NCBI RefSeq assembly: GCF_031769215.1
Contig: NW_026782272.1
Span: forward strand, 1-64,000
Direction: 5' to 3'
DNA length: 64,000 nucleotides
DNA from: Ylistrum balloti
Taxonomy: Eukaryota
The notes beneath the pieces were generated by a model. The model did no database searches. It was not told the DNA's origin and was given only the letters and a program-made list of their open reading frames with translations. The position numbers and the translations under genes were made by a program. This document shows, piece after piece, positions 11,816 to 25,695 of the stretch. Every line of letters begins with the position of its first letter. Position 1 is the first letter of the stretch.

Positions 11816-14800
11816 GAATGTTAAATTTACAAGAAATTGGAAAGGAATCAGATCAAATCATCTCAAATAAAATGTCACCATCTTTTTTTTTGTATTCCCT
11901 ATAACAGATATTTCCAGAAATAAAACTGTACTTGACAGCTAAAGTGCATATCTTTCTCTTGCTTTTCTAAGATCCTAGCCACTAAGTGATAACTAACTAA
12001 CTTGGTAACTATCTTCTCCTAACTTCCACTTAATTTGTACTGAGTAAATATTTACATCAGGGTAGAAGCTGAGAAAACAAATACAACCAATGGATTTGTA
12101 CTTGATGAAAGAGTTAACATGAATCAGATGGAGAAATGGTATCCAAGGACACGGTTGGTTGCCGAGGAGTGCAAACTGATATGATTCAGATAAAAGCACT
12201 GAGTGATGGGTGAACTTCGATGAGCAACGTTGTGATGCTAAAACAAATATATCGGAATTCACAAAATGACCACACAATCCATTGGGATTTCTCATCTTTC
12301 TCAATTTTCATATATAATTTAAATGGTTTAGCAAAAATTTGAAAAAAAAAAATATATAAAAAACATATTTGCCAATTCATCATAACTTTCATCCTTAAAG
12401 TACAAAAATCAAATTATCTTCGAATGATTGTCATGGATGATCAGTTTTTGTTTCCAAATGTTCACTGAGCTGTATGTTTGAACAACAGTGCCTGCCATTA
12501 CTGATGGATAGAGCCCGTTTATGCTATAACTGTGTACAGATAAAGCCACAGAATACTGTACTATTAGGTCAGTGACTCATCCGTCATATTCTTCATTAGT
12601 TTTCGTAAAAGTTAACACTTATTAATTGTGCTTTAAATCTAATGGTGATGCACTAAAAAATTTCTTGAAGATTTATGAAATCTAAGTCAATTTTAATTGT
12701 TTACAAACTGTTAGAAGTTAAAATTTAATGTTATTTTAATTTTTGATATCCATTATTTGGAAATTGTGTGTTAAAATCTTCACAAATATTCAAAAAGTTC
12801 TCCATAAAAATATTACTTTTAATTATAATTAATCAGTATCAGATGTATTATAAATATTTTTAAAACCTTAATAATACGAACTGAAGATCATATATTTAAT
12901 CTAGAATGAGTTGTCTCCCTTGACAAGTGGCTTGTAATGTCCTCTAAATTTTGTGAAATTCTTCCTTGACAGGAGATGAATGTGAAATTGATCAGATCCA
13001 GATATGTGTTGCCTATTTGTGAGAGGATCATAATTATGACAGGATGTTGTCACTATCAGACTGAGTGGAATCTATTTACATGATGTATGTTGTCATACGA
13101 CATCGATGGCGGTCATCCCTACTGTTTAGGTAATGATTCACACAATAACAAACTAGAATCAGATGGACACGACCAATGGTATTTATTTAGGATCTGTCCA
13201 GTGATGAATCACACCTCTTTTCATCAGTAGTAGCCTATTGTTATCTATGTCAAAATATTGATTGATCTGACCTAAATAGGTCAAGGTCACATGTAATCAA
13301 AAGTAGATTTTATGGAGAGGTCCTGCTTCGCAATGACAACAGTGAGTAATTGCTTTCTGATGTCACATACAGACACCATCCTATATACAGCATATACCAA
13401 CATGTGTAACCTACAATATATAGTTATCCACAAATATAAGTCCTGAAAGCAAACCCTGATCTACTGCTGTTTTACAGAACATTTTACAAGTTGTAAGCTA
13501 TTTCATTGCCCATCCTTGAATTTGAGTTAAAGGCAATGTGTTGGCCTTCTGGAATTACTGCAGAAAGGAATAGTCATATTTAAATATTTCCTGAGTGACT
13601 TTTGTGATCTAGTAAATGGTAGTGTGGCTAGAAATTTGAAAGTCTTGGACTGAAATCCCTATCTTATATTCATTTGACGTGACTTAAGTTATATCTCTGA
13701 ACGTTAAGTAAAACAACAAAATATAGGCTAGGAAAGATTATCAACGATTTAACAATGATAAAAAAAAATGTCGTTTTTCAAAGCATTCTCATATCTTCCA
13801 AAAACATAATTTTACTGTTGCAAGACAGTTAACCGAGAAGGATATTAAAAACCATCATGTTACAGAAAAAATCTAGATATTTCAAATTAAATAAATTCAT
13901 TTGTTGTTTTTATGTGCCCTATTATACACTGTTTTTTAAGGTCTCCTGTAATTTGTAGTTTAATGTGCCCCAAAGGTCCACAGACTGAATCATACTGTAT
14001 TACGAAGTAATGTGAAGGGTCGTAATGGTATTAGTTGAGGCTACGACTATACAATTTCAGTAACTGATCAGTACAAGATCGAGATCGGAGCTATGATATC
14101 ACACGCGTCCTTATCTGTTATCCAGGATCTTTGCAGCCTCGTTTGCATCCTTAGAGGTTTGTCACCTTTTGGTACTATCACAACGTTTAGGCCAACATTT
14201 TATAAATGACCAATATCAGACATGAGAGTCCATCTTAAACGTCTGTTATTACATATAGCCATTTCCCTTGTGACACATTCAAGCATACAGTAATTAACTG
14301 CCACTTAAAAGCCTGCTAATACAATAAAATCAAAGCTAACCTTGTAGCTATCCATACTCCAGTGTCAAACATGTCAATTTTGTAGCTAAAATTTCAATTT
14401 AATTTTGTTAAATGAAACCGGTTAAAAAGTAACAGCTTGAATATATATTTCATTGGTTTAATGTCATGTAAAGTCAAATGTTAAACTGATAGATTGTGGA
14501 GAGGTTCATTTCTCTACAGTCTCAAAGAGCGTATCTAATTTTATCCCCTCTCACCAACATCTGGAACGTTTTTTAAATCATCCCCAGTTTTAGTATACCT
14601 CTCCTTTAATTCATCATTAGCATTCCTAAGCAAACATTTTAATCCTTAATCCTCATCAACATCAGAATTATTTTTATTTTTCCAATTTTAGGATCACCAT
14701 GGGTTACTTCCCTTTCCCTTTTTTACTCTCCCTTCACAGCCTCCATTTTGTACATACCCTTCCCTGCCTCTCACATAATCAGGAAATTATCTTCCCTCCT

Positions 14801-15581
14801 CTAATTTACATCCTCAAATACCTCGTCACTTCTCCCAACTCTTGCCATACAACCTCATCTTCCTCAACACCCCAGGGTTGTACATGACCTCCTTAAGCCT
14901 CCAATCATTTCCTTCCTCCTCTACTCATCATTTCCTTCCCTTTTTATATCCATTTAGTTCATTCCTACTGCCTGTTTGTCATCAGAGAAAAATGTTTTAA
15001 TCACAGTTATCTCCCCTAATCCTAATGAATTCATCATCACTAATTGCTTTGTACTTGGTGTCTTTTCAGAATACCTGTAATTTATGTGTATATTGCTAGA
15101 AACTAATAATCACTTCGGTGGTTAAAACAAAACAGCTTGATTGTCAGGTGGAGTTCACAATTCTCAGCTTCTCCAGCAATACACTGAAAAAGTTCAAGGA
15201 GTGAGACAAGTTGTCTGATGAAGTCATCAATGTTAGCCATTTATGTTGTAAACCGTAATAACACACATCTTGTTAATATGATGGACCAGTTCCCCATTAT
15301 ATCAATAATTCCAGGTGATTTACACCATCCTCTGGGAAATAGATTTGTTGTACATACTCCACCACTGACTTACCTACATACTCGCTGGTATCATACACCT
15401 AAGTAAGTAAAAAGGTCATCAAGTGCAATAAATAAAATCTGACATGGGATTGTCAATCTTATCTACCAGTTGAATTATTTCATTATATAATATCAGCTAT
15501 CAGTTTGATACAGAGAATCTTGTTAAGCATTATATCTTGTTTCTCTTATCATTGGCTTTTGTAACACTAAAGAGTAACACA

Positions 15582-15849
15582 GGGCTATAGTAGCTCAGTC
15601 ACTTAGAGCTTTGGTGGTAAGTGGTTTGGTGTTTCCTACTAAGGCAGTTAGTGTTTCACAGGAAGTGAGGAATGGATTGCACTTTTTGTTGAGCCCTCAG
15701 GCAAGACACTTTATGCTTTTCATTCTAGATGACTTACGATGGGCCTCCTGTATGTTGTTCAGTGAGGTAGCGGTTATAAGTAGACACCCGCCTCAAAACA
15801 CCCTGACCGTTCTCAGGCCATGAATCCAGCAAATTAACAAACAAACAAA
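15582..15849 (+). mobile_element. Decayed tRNA-derived SINE
   Basis: A-box-like TAGCTCAGTCACTTAGAGC at the 5' end, internal GAGCCCTCAGGCAAGACACTT resembling SINE central domains, and a 3' (AAAC)n tail. The B box has degenerated. Confidence 0.65.
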
Positions 15850-17329
15850 GCTTATTCGAATTGTCAGATATCATTATTACTTTTTCTATTTGCACTGTCA
15901 TACAATAATATTGCAGATACATTATAAAACACTAGTTCTTTTTCAAAAATAGTTGCTGTTTTATTGTCTTTTCACTCCTGTAAGTTGAAAAGTGGCTATG
16001 TCACTGAAACTCTTGTTTAACTGTCGTATCATGGAGACTCTTGTGAATGTCAGAGTGTTCTCTCTCAATCTTTGGTATCAATTGCTATACTTTAAATCAT
16101 CCACTTCAATGCGAGTCTTCAATTGTCCACAATTGTTAAATTCAGTGATATTCTCAACTCCTAGTATAGGTCGATAAATTCAGGGTTCACAGGGCTGTTT
16201 AAGCTCCTCTTGGTTTACAGGCCCCTGTCCGAGGGAAATAGAAATGGAACACAGTATAGCACTATGACTAGCCAAGGTCACCGCAACCCACTGAGCATCT
16301 TCCTGGCACATTTATTTCATTAAAATTTACATTTTGTCACTTTTAGTTCATTCTGTCTCCTTAATATTTAATCAATTATTTTGGTGAGAGAAGATATAAA
16401 TTTACTCATTTTTTATCAAGATCTGAAAACAAATGTATGATTGGACTATCTTATTCTTTACAGAGTATTTTTGTTAAATCTGTTATAAAGGGTTCCTTAT
16501 ATGGTTATGAACAAATGTAAGACATTATCTGTTGAACTTCTAGATTAACATGTTTAACCTATGAAGTATTGCTACAGGTACAACAGGTGTCCTGTTGAGA
16601 CATAATCTAACTTCACTTCTAACATAATCAATTGATTTTTCAGTTTTGCATTTGAATTTTCATTTAAATTTGAAATAAGCCCTTTTCTCATTTTGAGTTA
16701 GTAGCAAGTTTTATCTTATTGGTTCCGACGATAGGATCATTATATCCACTTCTCTTCCTACCTCAGCTTTCAGCCAGACTAATTAATCTCTCTCATTCTA
16801 AACCCCGCACCTCAGCTTCCATCTCTGTCAAATTAGCCTACAGTTCAAATTCCCTTACTCACATGACCTTCTCTTAGGACTAGCAGTTTTCACCTCCAAA
16901 ATCCCCAATTTTTTTTTGTCCTGAATTTTGTATTATGACTTTCCAAGCTTTATATCCATCACAGTTGTCTCTGACATTTAAACCTTATTCTCTGTGGCAA
17001 AGATTATTCCAAAAACTAGATTTGGCCAATATCATTATTTTTTTTCAGCTGATTAAATATTACGATAATTTGACTAACAAATGCAGGATGAGAAACAATA
17101 AATGTATTCAGCATATCATTGGGCATCAGAGGTCACCATATGTTGTGTTTATAGGGGTACTCTCATAATTGTCACCATGTGTCACAATTTATCATATAAA
17201 AGGTAGTATTAATGTCATTATATCATATGTGACAGCTTAAAGTGAATTAGTCATATTCTGAATTTAAGATCACGCAATGAAAAACTACAGCCTGAATATC
17301 CTCCACTGAAAGGCCAAAAGGCCGTAACA

Positions 17330-17482
17330 GTGGACATAAAACCTGTTCAATGTTGACATAAGACCTGTTCAATGTTGACATAAAACCTGTTCAATGTTGA
17401 CATAAAACCTGTTAAATGTTGACATAAAACCTGCTAAATGTTGACATAAAACCTGTTAAATGTTGACATCAAACCTGTAAAT
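17330..17482. repeat. 22-bp minisatellite, ~7 units
   Basis: Unit ACCTGTTCAATGTTGACATAAA (17341 to 17363). Confidence 0.92.
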
Positions 17483-20400
17483 AGTGGCCATAATACCCAT
17501 CTGGTTATCTTAATTATCAACTTACTATTAAAAGGTAATACCCAGTATCATATGTTACCAATTTTTCAAAATTCACTGTAGAAGTTACATCCCAATTAAG
17601 TTAGCAGTTTTTACTGCATGTCTTCAGTTTTTGATATTATAATACTGATCAGGTGTTTTATTATAGAATCTCTTCACTGAACTGGATCTACCAATGTATT
17701 CTAGAATCTAGAAAATCTAGTCATCACAAAATGTTTCATATTGCATTAGACATGGATTATTTTGACGACAACAGTACTCACTTTTCATGACAGACTCCAT
17801 TAGTTAATAAAGCACAACATGAGTGAATCTAAAACATTATCACTCTTTATCATTAAATAACATTTCAAATAGTTCTCTAGCTTACATAACATTTTTTTCT
17901 GGAAAAGTAGAGATTTTTTCAAACCAAATTATTGAAGTAATTGTTTTGAAATACCACTGGGTATGCTTTTCCTTAAGTGCTTTGAACCATTTGCTGGTGA
18001 CTTTAAAATCCTAGGATGCTGAAGAATCAATGATTCTGCTCATAATGAAATGCATTTGTCCATATCAATGTTTATGTCTTTTATCCAAAAACAACTGCTG
18101 CTACTAATTATGGAAGTGTGTACTAACTCACACTCTACTACATCTAATTACAAATTCATAGGATTAATAATGACTAAACACTGGACATTTCCATCAAATT
18201 GTTGGAGTTGTCACCATGGAAACATGCCTAATGTGTAACTCTTTTGTTCTGGAGGAAATAAAATCTTTTGTCTGTGGTCAAAAGATTGGTGACAGCTAAT
18301 GTGCTATTTCAACTGGACACATGTAAATGTCCAGAAAATCCTTTGTCCCTGAACACATGTTGTTCTGGATTTTTTCAATTAACATGTTACAAAAGTGTCT
18401 GCTATATATTATGGGTCCTGTCAACTCCCAAGAGAGAGACAATTATTTGACTTTGGAATTTTGGCACCACCACAGCCTCATATCCAAAGAGCAATTCGGT
18501 TGATGTGTCCTGTGAGAGGTTTAACAAACAGTTACATGCATGTCAATGATCCCTTACTTAATAAGAGACAGGGGCTGTCTGTTTAGGGCACCCAGTGACA
18601 TGACAAGAGATTAGGGAATGAAGTGACACCCTTAGTGATGAAGACACTATTTGGTCAGCTGCAGCCATTTTGACTTATGGTGATTACAGCTAAACACAGA
18701 GTACAACTTCCCTGTTCATTATTCCCTATGTAATGCACTTTGTTCAACTAGAAAATGATAGGTTAGCTTAGCAAACAAACCTAAAAGTCTGATTCGGTTA
18801 TTTTGGAATTGATCAATTTTTTCTCTGTATGACGTATTTAATGCATGGTTTCTCTAAAGCTTCATATGCAACTAACATAGCTATTTATAAAATTGTCAAT
18901 AAGCTTATTAGTTATTGTGAAAAACAAAATGGTACATTTTTACAATGGTGTAGGAATTTCCTTCAATAGATTAGTTTTTGGTTGAAATTAATTTTCCCTG
19001 TTAATGACCAACAAATGTTTAACAACAGATCATCTCAGAAGAATTTCATTATTTTTGGTCATTTCTTTGTCTTCTGCAGCATTTCAAGTTAAAACAACAT
19101 ATTTAGGGACCCAGAAACACATGGTAGACTGGTAAAAAAAAAAATCCACAAGATTTATTGAGGAGCAAAAAAGATGAAATTGTTTTGGTTCAAATGAACT
19201 AATCCATAATCAATATTTTTTCCTCTTTCTTCGTTCTTTCCTTCTGTCAGTTCTATTTTATCCCGAAAGAATTAAATAAAGATTTTTACTTCATTTCTTT
19301 TTATACATTGCGGTATTTAATATTTGGGTGTTAATTCTGTCTCCAGGTGATATGTTCCATGAATAAATCTGATCTAAGTCGGTGTGTCCAGGTAGCATAT
19401 GTTACTGTCAATAGCCCGATGTACAATCACCAACAGATGACTTTAACAAAGACCATTTTATAAGAGTGAAAAATCAATATCTAAATCCCAACATCAAATT
19501 CAGATCAAAATTCAGATAAAAGTTTGGCAAAATCCTAAAAAAATCAAAGTCGTTTTGTGCTGGTTTACTAAAAATAGACACACAAAGAAAATTAGAGACC
19601 AGCTTCTCGTCTAAACTGCAAACAATCAATTTCAGATCTGTTAAAAGATGTGATTTTATAAAAATTGAAAGTAAGATTAAATCGAAACTTCATTATAAAA
19701 AATGGAAATATAATGAAGAATTCCACTGACCCTGTGTATATACATCAGTATATTTGTAACGTGATTGTAAAATTTTACTCAACTGATTACAAATAAACAA
19801 TGAGATAGAAATGAAACTCACGAGAGCACCTTGCATTGACAAAGGACATTTTATCTAAAAAAATTACCTCCAGAATATTAAATAAATCTTACACCTGATA
19901 CAACTATGTGTACGACCCGGATTGATTTCTATACAGGAAATGAAAAACAAACAAAGGCATGATGTTGGGAAACGCCCCAACACGTTGGGGAGTTACAATC
20001 AAACCACATCACCATGGATTAAGATACAATAGCTGTATTAAGAAAATGAAGCGTATTGGACTAGAAGGTGTCCATTGAATGAAACCAAATCCCTGTAACT
20101 GTTAATTCGTCTAGAGTAACTTTATGCAGCATTCATGATGTGGAATTTCCTTTTCGTTTATTTGTTGGATTGTATTCCGAATTTCACAAATTTATCGTCA
20201 GTGTTATCGATTATAAGTTTGATTGATCACAGACAAATCACGGAAAATCTTACATAGCTTACAGTGTTACGTAATATTTGATACTTGATAGAATCACGTT
20301 TTACATCAACTAAAATCAACTCACTGACTTTCTTTTCGGTTTTACCATCAAGACGTCTTTGATCATATAGTTCAAAATAAAATAATTTTAAGCCTTGATG

Positions 20401-20782
20401 ACTGCAATGATCAGCTCCAGCGCATAATGAAATGGACACTTCTGGCCATTTGACAACAAATAATTGTACCATTGTATACACTGTGAGCTAGCTTCCATTA
20501 CTGGAAGGTTACCCTTTGATTATGAAAATTTCAAAGAATTGTACATTTATGAGAAGTTCTGTAATCACCGTAAACAATGGCATTACGTTTACCCATGTAA
20601 AAACTTCCTACCAAACAAGACATTTTTTTATGAAAAAAAAAACTAGAAAATTTTGTATTATTGGCTTTGTTGTTTATAATGCTTAGAATACCCCCCCCCC
20701 CCCCTCCCCCCTTCTCATATTGATTTTGTAAACTAGGAAACAGGGACTTTGAAGCATGAAGTGGTGTACCTCTGAAAGCTTT

Positions 20783-21161
20783 TAACTATATTGATCACTT
20801 GTAAGTCCGTGGCTGGTAATAATCCCAACAAAAGCTAGTGCATTTTTATCAGCAAAAAAGACAATGCAACATTGTTGTCCGGTAATAAGCCCACCTCTGC
20901 CCCAACTCACAGGATGTGTGTTAAATGCCTCCATGGGATTACTGAAGGATAAATAAGGTACCTGCAGACAATGATAATGCAGATTACCATATTTATCAAA
21001 CAATAAGCCCATGAGGCTAACAGATTTCTTCTTACACAAACTCTTGAGGTGGACTCATACTTAACAATTTTGCTGAACATAACAACATATGGATGGGCTT
21101 ATTACCAGGCATGGGCTTATTACCTGACATGGGCTTAATCAAGAAAGCGTGAGTACTGTTA
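20783..21161. mobile_element. Degraded MITE-like element with oppositely oriented subterminal motifs
   Basis: TAATAAKCCC-type motifs at ~20817, 20883 and 21002; inverted GGGCTTA(T/A)T copies at 21095, 21113 and 21131; the right end reads TAACAGTACTC on the minus strand. Confidence 0.4.
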
Positions 21162-22627
21162 TGTAATTAGTATCAAGTATATGTAATTGTTCCTAATCTA
21201 CAAGACTTATACAGAAAAAACTCCATTACAGAGTGTGTTCTATTCTATTCATCAGATTAATGTTTTTTGATATCTGCACACAGATCATAGGTTTAATTTA
21301 TAATTTTCAAATTTCTTAATCATCTGTCAAAATTTGTTGGCATATCCAATATAAACACTGTTAATGCTATTGAACACAAGTCGCTTCATTGCTATGTCTA
21401 TCATCTGTAATGGGATCCCTAATTTGTTTTAAAATCTGATATATGACTGGTCTTTATTTCAGTAGGTCACAGGGGATGTTTCATCAATATCCGACTTCTA
21501 CTGAAAAGGTCTCCGCTATGGGTGGAGTCTCAAATGATATCATCAGCTGACAGTAAAACGGAAAATGATATCCTCACACGTCAGTCACTGAACTGAACAT
21601 ATCAAGAGTTTAATTGAGAAGTGTATAGTTTAAATGATAAGGTTACACAAATTATTGTCCATGATGCATTGCAATGCTCATAGGATGTCTAATTCTCACT
21701 CATACTCGTATATCACTCAAAATTACGAAACAGTTCACTACAACAAGAGATTCGGGATGTATGATGATAGTATCCATTTGTCATTTGGGAATAAGTCAGA
21801 AAGCATTTCAAAACCTGTTTTTTTTTTAAATAAAATTTTACTTACACAACATTACTGTTTGTAAAACACATGACACAAAATTTGCTTCTAGAAAAATCAA
21901 TAAAATGCAAATTCTTTGTCAATTTACAGAAAAGTAGGTCACTGTGACACTTATCTAATAAAAATAGTTTTCAGGAGACTTGAAAAGATTCTTTTTAAAC
22001 TTCTTGAAATGCATGAAATTGAAAATGTACTAAAAAATTTTCAGACTTTGTCCTTCACAGACTTTCAATTTTTCTCTCAACTGATGTTTTTGAAAATTTT
22101 AAGACCTTAAAAATCTAATTGTACTGAAATATTGATGCACAGATTTCGACACACAGGAATGGATCCTATTGGATCAGTTTGTGTAAACAAATGAAGCCAT
22201 CTGCCATTCTAAATCAATCCTATTTACATTTACAAGCCTATAATCTGTGTTTTATACATGTCTAATTCATCAAAAGCCATTTGGTCAAGTCCACAACCCC
22301 AATTACCAGTTCTGCCAGCTCCCTTCAGGGAACCACAATAATAGCTTTTCAATAAAATAATATGTCTCAGAGATACTTGAACATGTTGACAAGGAGCTGT
22401 ACCAACAAAATGGAGCTTTTAGCAGTTACAGCCAATCAACAGATTGATGTGATTGCCACCATCTACATGTTGTAACAAGTGCTTTCATTGATCAATTATC
22501 TACAATTACTGCATCAGCCTGGGAACTGCAGAAATCCACATGATGAATACAGAAAATAAACAGCCAGCTTTGGTAATAGGGTAGACAGCCCAAGTCATCT
22601 ACATTAGGGGGATTAGCAGTGAGTTGC

Positions 22628-23560
22628 GAGTCAAGACATCTAGAGTTTAGACAGAGGTTTGAGCACATTATGAGTCAAGACATCTAGAGTTTAGACAGAG
22701 GTTTGATCACATTATGAGTCAAGACAACTAGAGTTTAGACAGAGGTTTGATCACATTATGAGTCAAGACAACTAGAGTTTAGACAGAGGTTTGATCACAT
22801 TATGAGTCAAGACAACTAGAGTTTAGACAGAGGTTTGATCACATTATGAGTCAAGACAACTAGAGTTTAGACAGAGGTTTGAGCACATTATGAGTCCAGA
22901 CAACTAGAGTTTAGACAGAGGTTTGAGCACATTATGAGTCAAGACATCTAGAGTTTAGACAGAGGTTTGAGCACCTAGAGTTCAGACAGAGGTTTAATCT
23001 CATTCCTAGTCAAGACATCTAGAGTTTAGACAGAGGTTTGAGCTCATTCCTAGTCAAGACATCTAGAGTTTAGACAGAGGTTTGAGCTCATTCCTAGTCA
23101 AGACATCTAGAGTTTAGACAGAGGTTTGAGCTCATTCCTAGTCAAGACATCTAGAGTTCAGACAGAGGTTTAATCTCATTCCTAGTCAAGACAACTAGAG
23201 TTTAGACAGAGGTTTGATCACATTCTGAGTCAAGACATCTAGAGTTTAGACAGAGGTTTGAGCACATTATGAGTCCAGACAACTAGAGTTTAGACAGAGG
23301 TTTGATCACATTATGAGTCAAGACATCTAGAGTTTAGACAGAGGTTTGAGCACATTATGAGTCCAGACAACTAGAGTTTAGACAGAGGTTTGAACACATT
23401 ATGAGTCAAGACAACTGGAGTTTAGACAGAGGTTTGAGCACATTATGAGTCAAGACAACTAGAATTTAGACAGAGGTCTAAGCTCATTCTGAGTCATGGC
23501 AACTAGAGTTCAGACAGAGGTTTGAGCTCATTCCTAGTCAAGACATCTAGAATATAGCAG
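22628..23560. repeat. 44-bp minisatellite, ~21 units
   Basis: Unit GAGTCAAGACATCTAGAGTTTAGACAGAGGTTTGAGCACATTAT (22628 to 22672); a variant block with CTCATTCCTA lies at ~22980-23200. Confidence 0.95.
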
Positions 23561-24389
23561 AGTTTTGAACTCTTTCCCAATAAAGACAACCAAAACATGG
23601 TGAACTCATTTTAAGTGAAAAGCAAGCAGTGTATTGGCAATGCTTTGAGCTCAATCTGAGTCAGGACCATCAGAGCGCACACAATGGTTGAATTCATTCT
23701 GAATCAAGACAAGCAAAGCATTGGTGATAGTTTGAACTAAATATGAGTCAAAGCGAACAAAGCTGTCATACCAGAATTGTTCACAATTAAGACCCTAACC
23801 TATGAGTTCTTTCAGAGTAAAGACAATATTGCTAAGGACTTTGACTTGGATTAGAATATTTCTTCATGAAATCATAACTCCTAATCTCCCTGTGGATATA
23901 TACAGATTGACAACCTGTTTAAGTTGTTGGGAGAAGAGGGTTTGAGAGTTAATTCATCACAGAAGGCAGACGCTGCTGCAGACCGGAAACATACACTAAT
24001 TGATGATATAGAATACTAATAAGTTCATTAACTAATTAAAGATAATTTAATCCCAAGAGAGGGGGTGAGGGGTCAGATTTCAAGGGTCGTTGATAAAGGG
24101 GGCCAGACAATATTATCCAATCATAATTAAGCAATCACTCAAAAGTTATTTCTGGCGATCTGTACAGATATTTTAACCCTCATACCATTCTGACAATTAT
24201 TAGAATGCTTGTGCATACAAATACAATAAACTATCAAGAAAATGTGCAAAGATTGCTGAGGTTAAAAAGACTTCAGGTTCTTTTAAGGTTGATATTACGG
24301 AGGTAATCTTTAGACTTTAAATTTAGTTAGTCTTTGCAGGGGCATGTGTGAATGTAAAACACACAAGTAATGCAGATTTACTTGAAATA

Positions 24390-25695
24390 AGTGTGGATTA
24401 CTGGTGCATTTAATGTGGATTCCTGGTGTGTGGATTACTGCCATGTTTAGTGTGGATTACTGGTGTGTTAAGTGTGGAATATTGGTGTGTTTAGTGTGGA
24501 TTACTGGTGTGTTTAGTGTGTATTATTGGTGTGTTATGTGTGTATTACTGGTGTGTTTAGTGTGGATTACTGGTGTGTTTAGTGTTGATTACTGGTGTGT
24601 TTGGTGTGGATTACTGGTGTGTTTAGTGTGGATTACTGGTGTGTTAAGTGTGTATTACTGGTGTGTTTAGTGTGGATTACTGGTGTGTTTAGTGTGGATT
24701 ACTGGTGTGTTTAGTGTGTATTACTGGTGTTTAGTGTGTATTACTGGTGTGTTTAGTGTGGATTACTGGTGTGTTAAGTGTGGATTACTGGTGTGTTTAG
24801 TGTGGATTACTGGTGTGTTTAGTGTGGATTATTGGTGTTTAGTGTGGATTACTGGTGTGTTAAGTGTGGATTACTGGTGTGTTAAGTGTGGATTACTGGT
24901 GTGTTAAGTGTGGGTTATTGGTGTGTTTAGTGTGGATTATTGGTGTTTGGTGTGTATTATTGGTGTGTTTAGTGTGGATTACTGGTGTGTTAAGTGTGGA
25001 TTACTGGTGTGTTAAGTGTGGGTTATTGGTGTGTTTAGTGTGGATTACTGGTGTGTTAAGTGTGTATTATTGGTGTGTTTAGTGTGGATTACTGGTGTGT
25101 TAAGTGTGTATTATTGGTGTGTTTAGTGTGGATTACTGGTGTGTCAAGTGTGGATTACTGGTGTGATAAGTGTGGGTTATTGGTGTGTTTAGTGTGGATT
25201 ACTGGTGTGTTAAGTGTGGATTACTGGTGTGTTAAGTGTGGATTACTGGTGTGTTTAGTGTGGGTTATTGGTGTGTTTAGTGTGTATTATTGGTGTGTTT
25301 AGTGTGGATTACTGGTGTGTTAAGTGTGGATTACTGGTGTGTTAAGTGTGGGTTATTGGTGTGTTTAGTGTGGATTACTGGTGTGTTTAGTGTGGATTAC
25401 TGGTGTGTTTAGTGTGGATTACTGGTGTGTTTAGTGTGAATTACTGGTGTGTTTAGTGTGGATTACTGGTGTGTTTAGTGTGTATTATTGGTGTTTAGTG
25501 TGGATTACTGGTGTGTTTAGTGTGGATTACTGGTGTGTTTAGTGTTTATTATAGGTGTCTTTAGTGTGAATTACTGGTGTGTTAAGTGTGTATTATTGGT
25601 GTGTTTAGTGTGAATTACTGGTGTGTTAAGTGTGGGTTATTGGTGTGTTTAGTGTGTATTATTGGTGTGTTTAGTGTGTATTATTGGTGTGTTTG
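24390..25695. repeat. 22-bp GT-rich minisatellite, ~59 units
   Basis: Unit GTGTTTAGTGTGGATTACTGGT with variants; explains the four V/W/C-rich ORFs at 24404-25302. Confidence 0.95.

Noticed and set aside
11993-12304. 103-aa minus ORF with an internal acceptor-like site
   Set aside because: No recognisable homology, a weak donor, and composition not clearly coding.
15582-15660. tRNA gene
   Set aside because: Only an A-box-like head; no cloverleaf or intact B box, and it continues into a SINE body and (AAAC)n tail.
20691-20713. Poly-C tract, and the (TA)n run at ~37292-37309
   Set aside because: Ordinary microsatellites with no further structure.
24404-25302. V/W/C-rich ORFs, and a telomere-like interpretation of the GT-rich array
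   Set aside because: The ORFs are translations of a 22-bp minisatellite; the unit contains no TTAGGG or TTAGG telomeric repeat.
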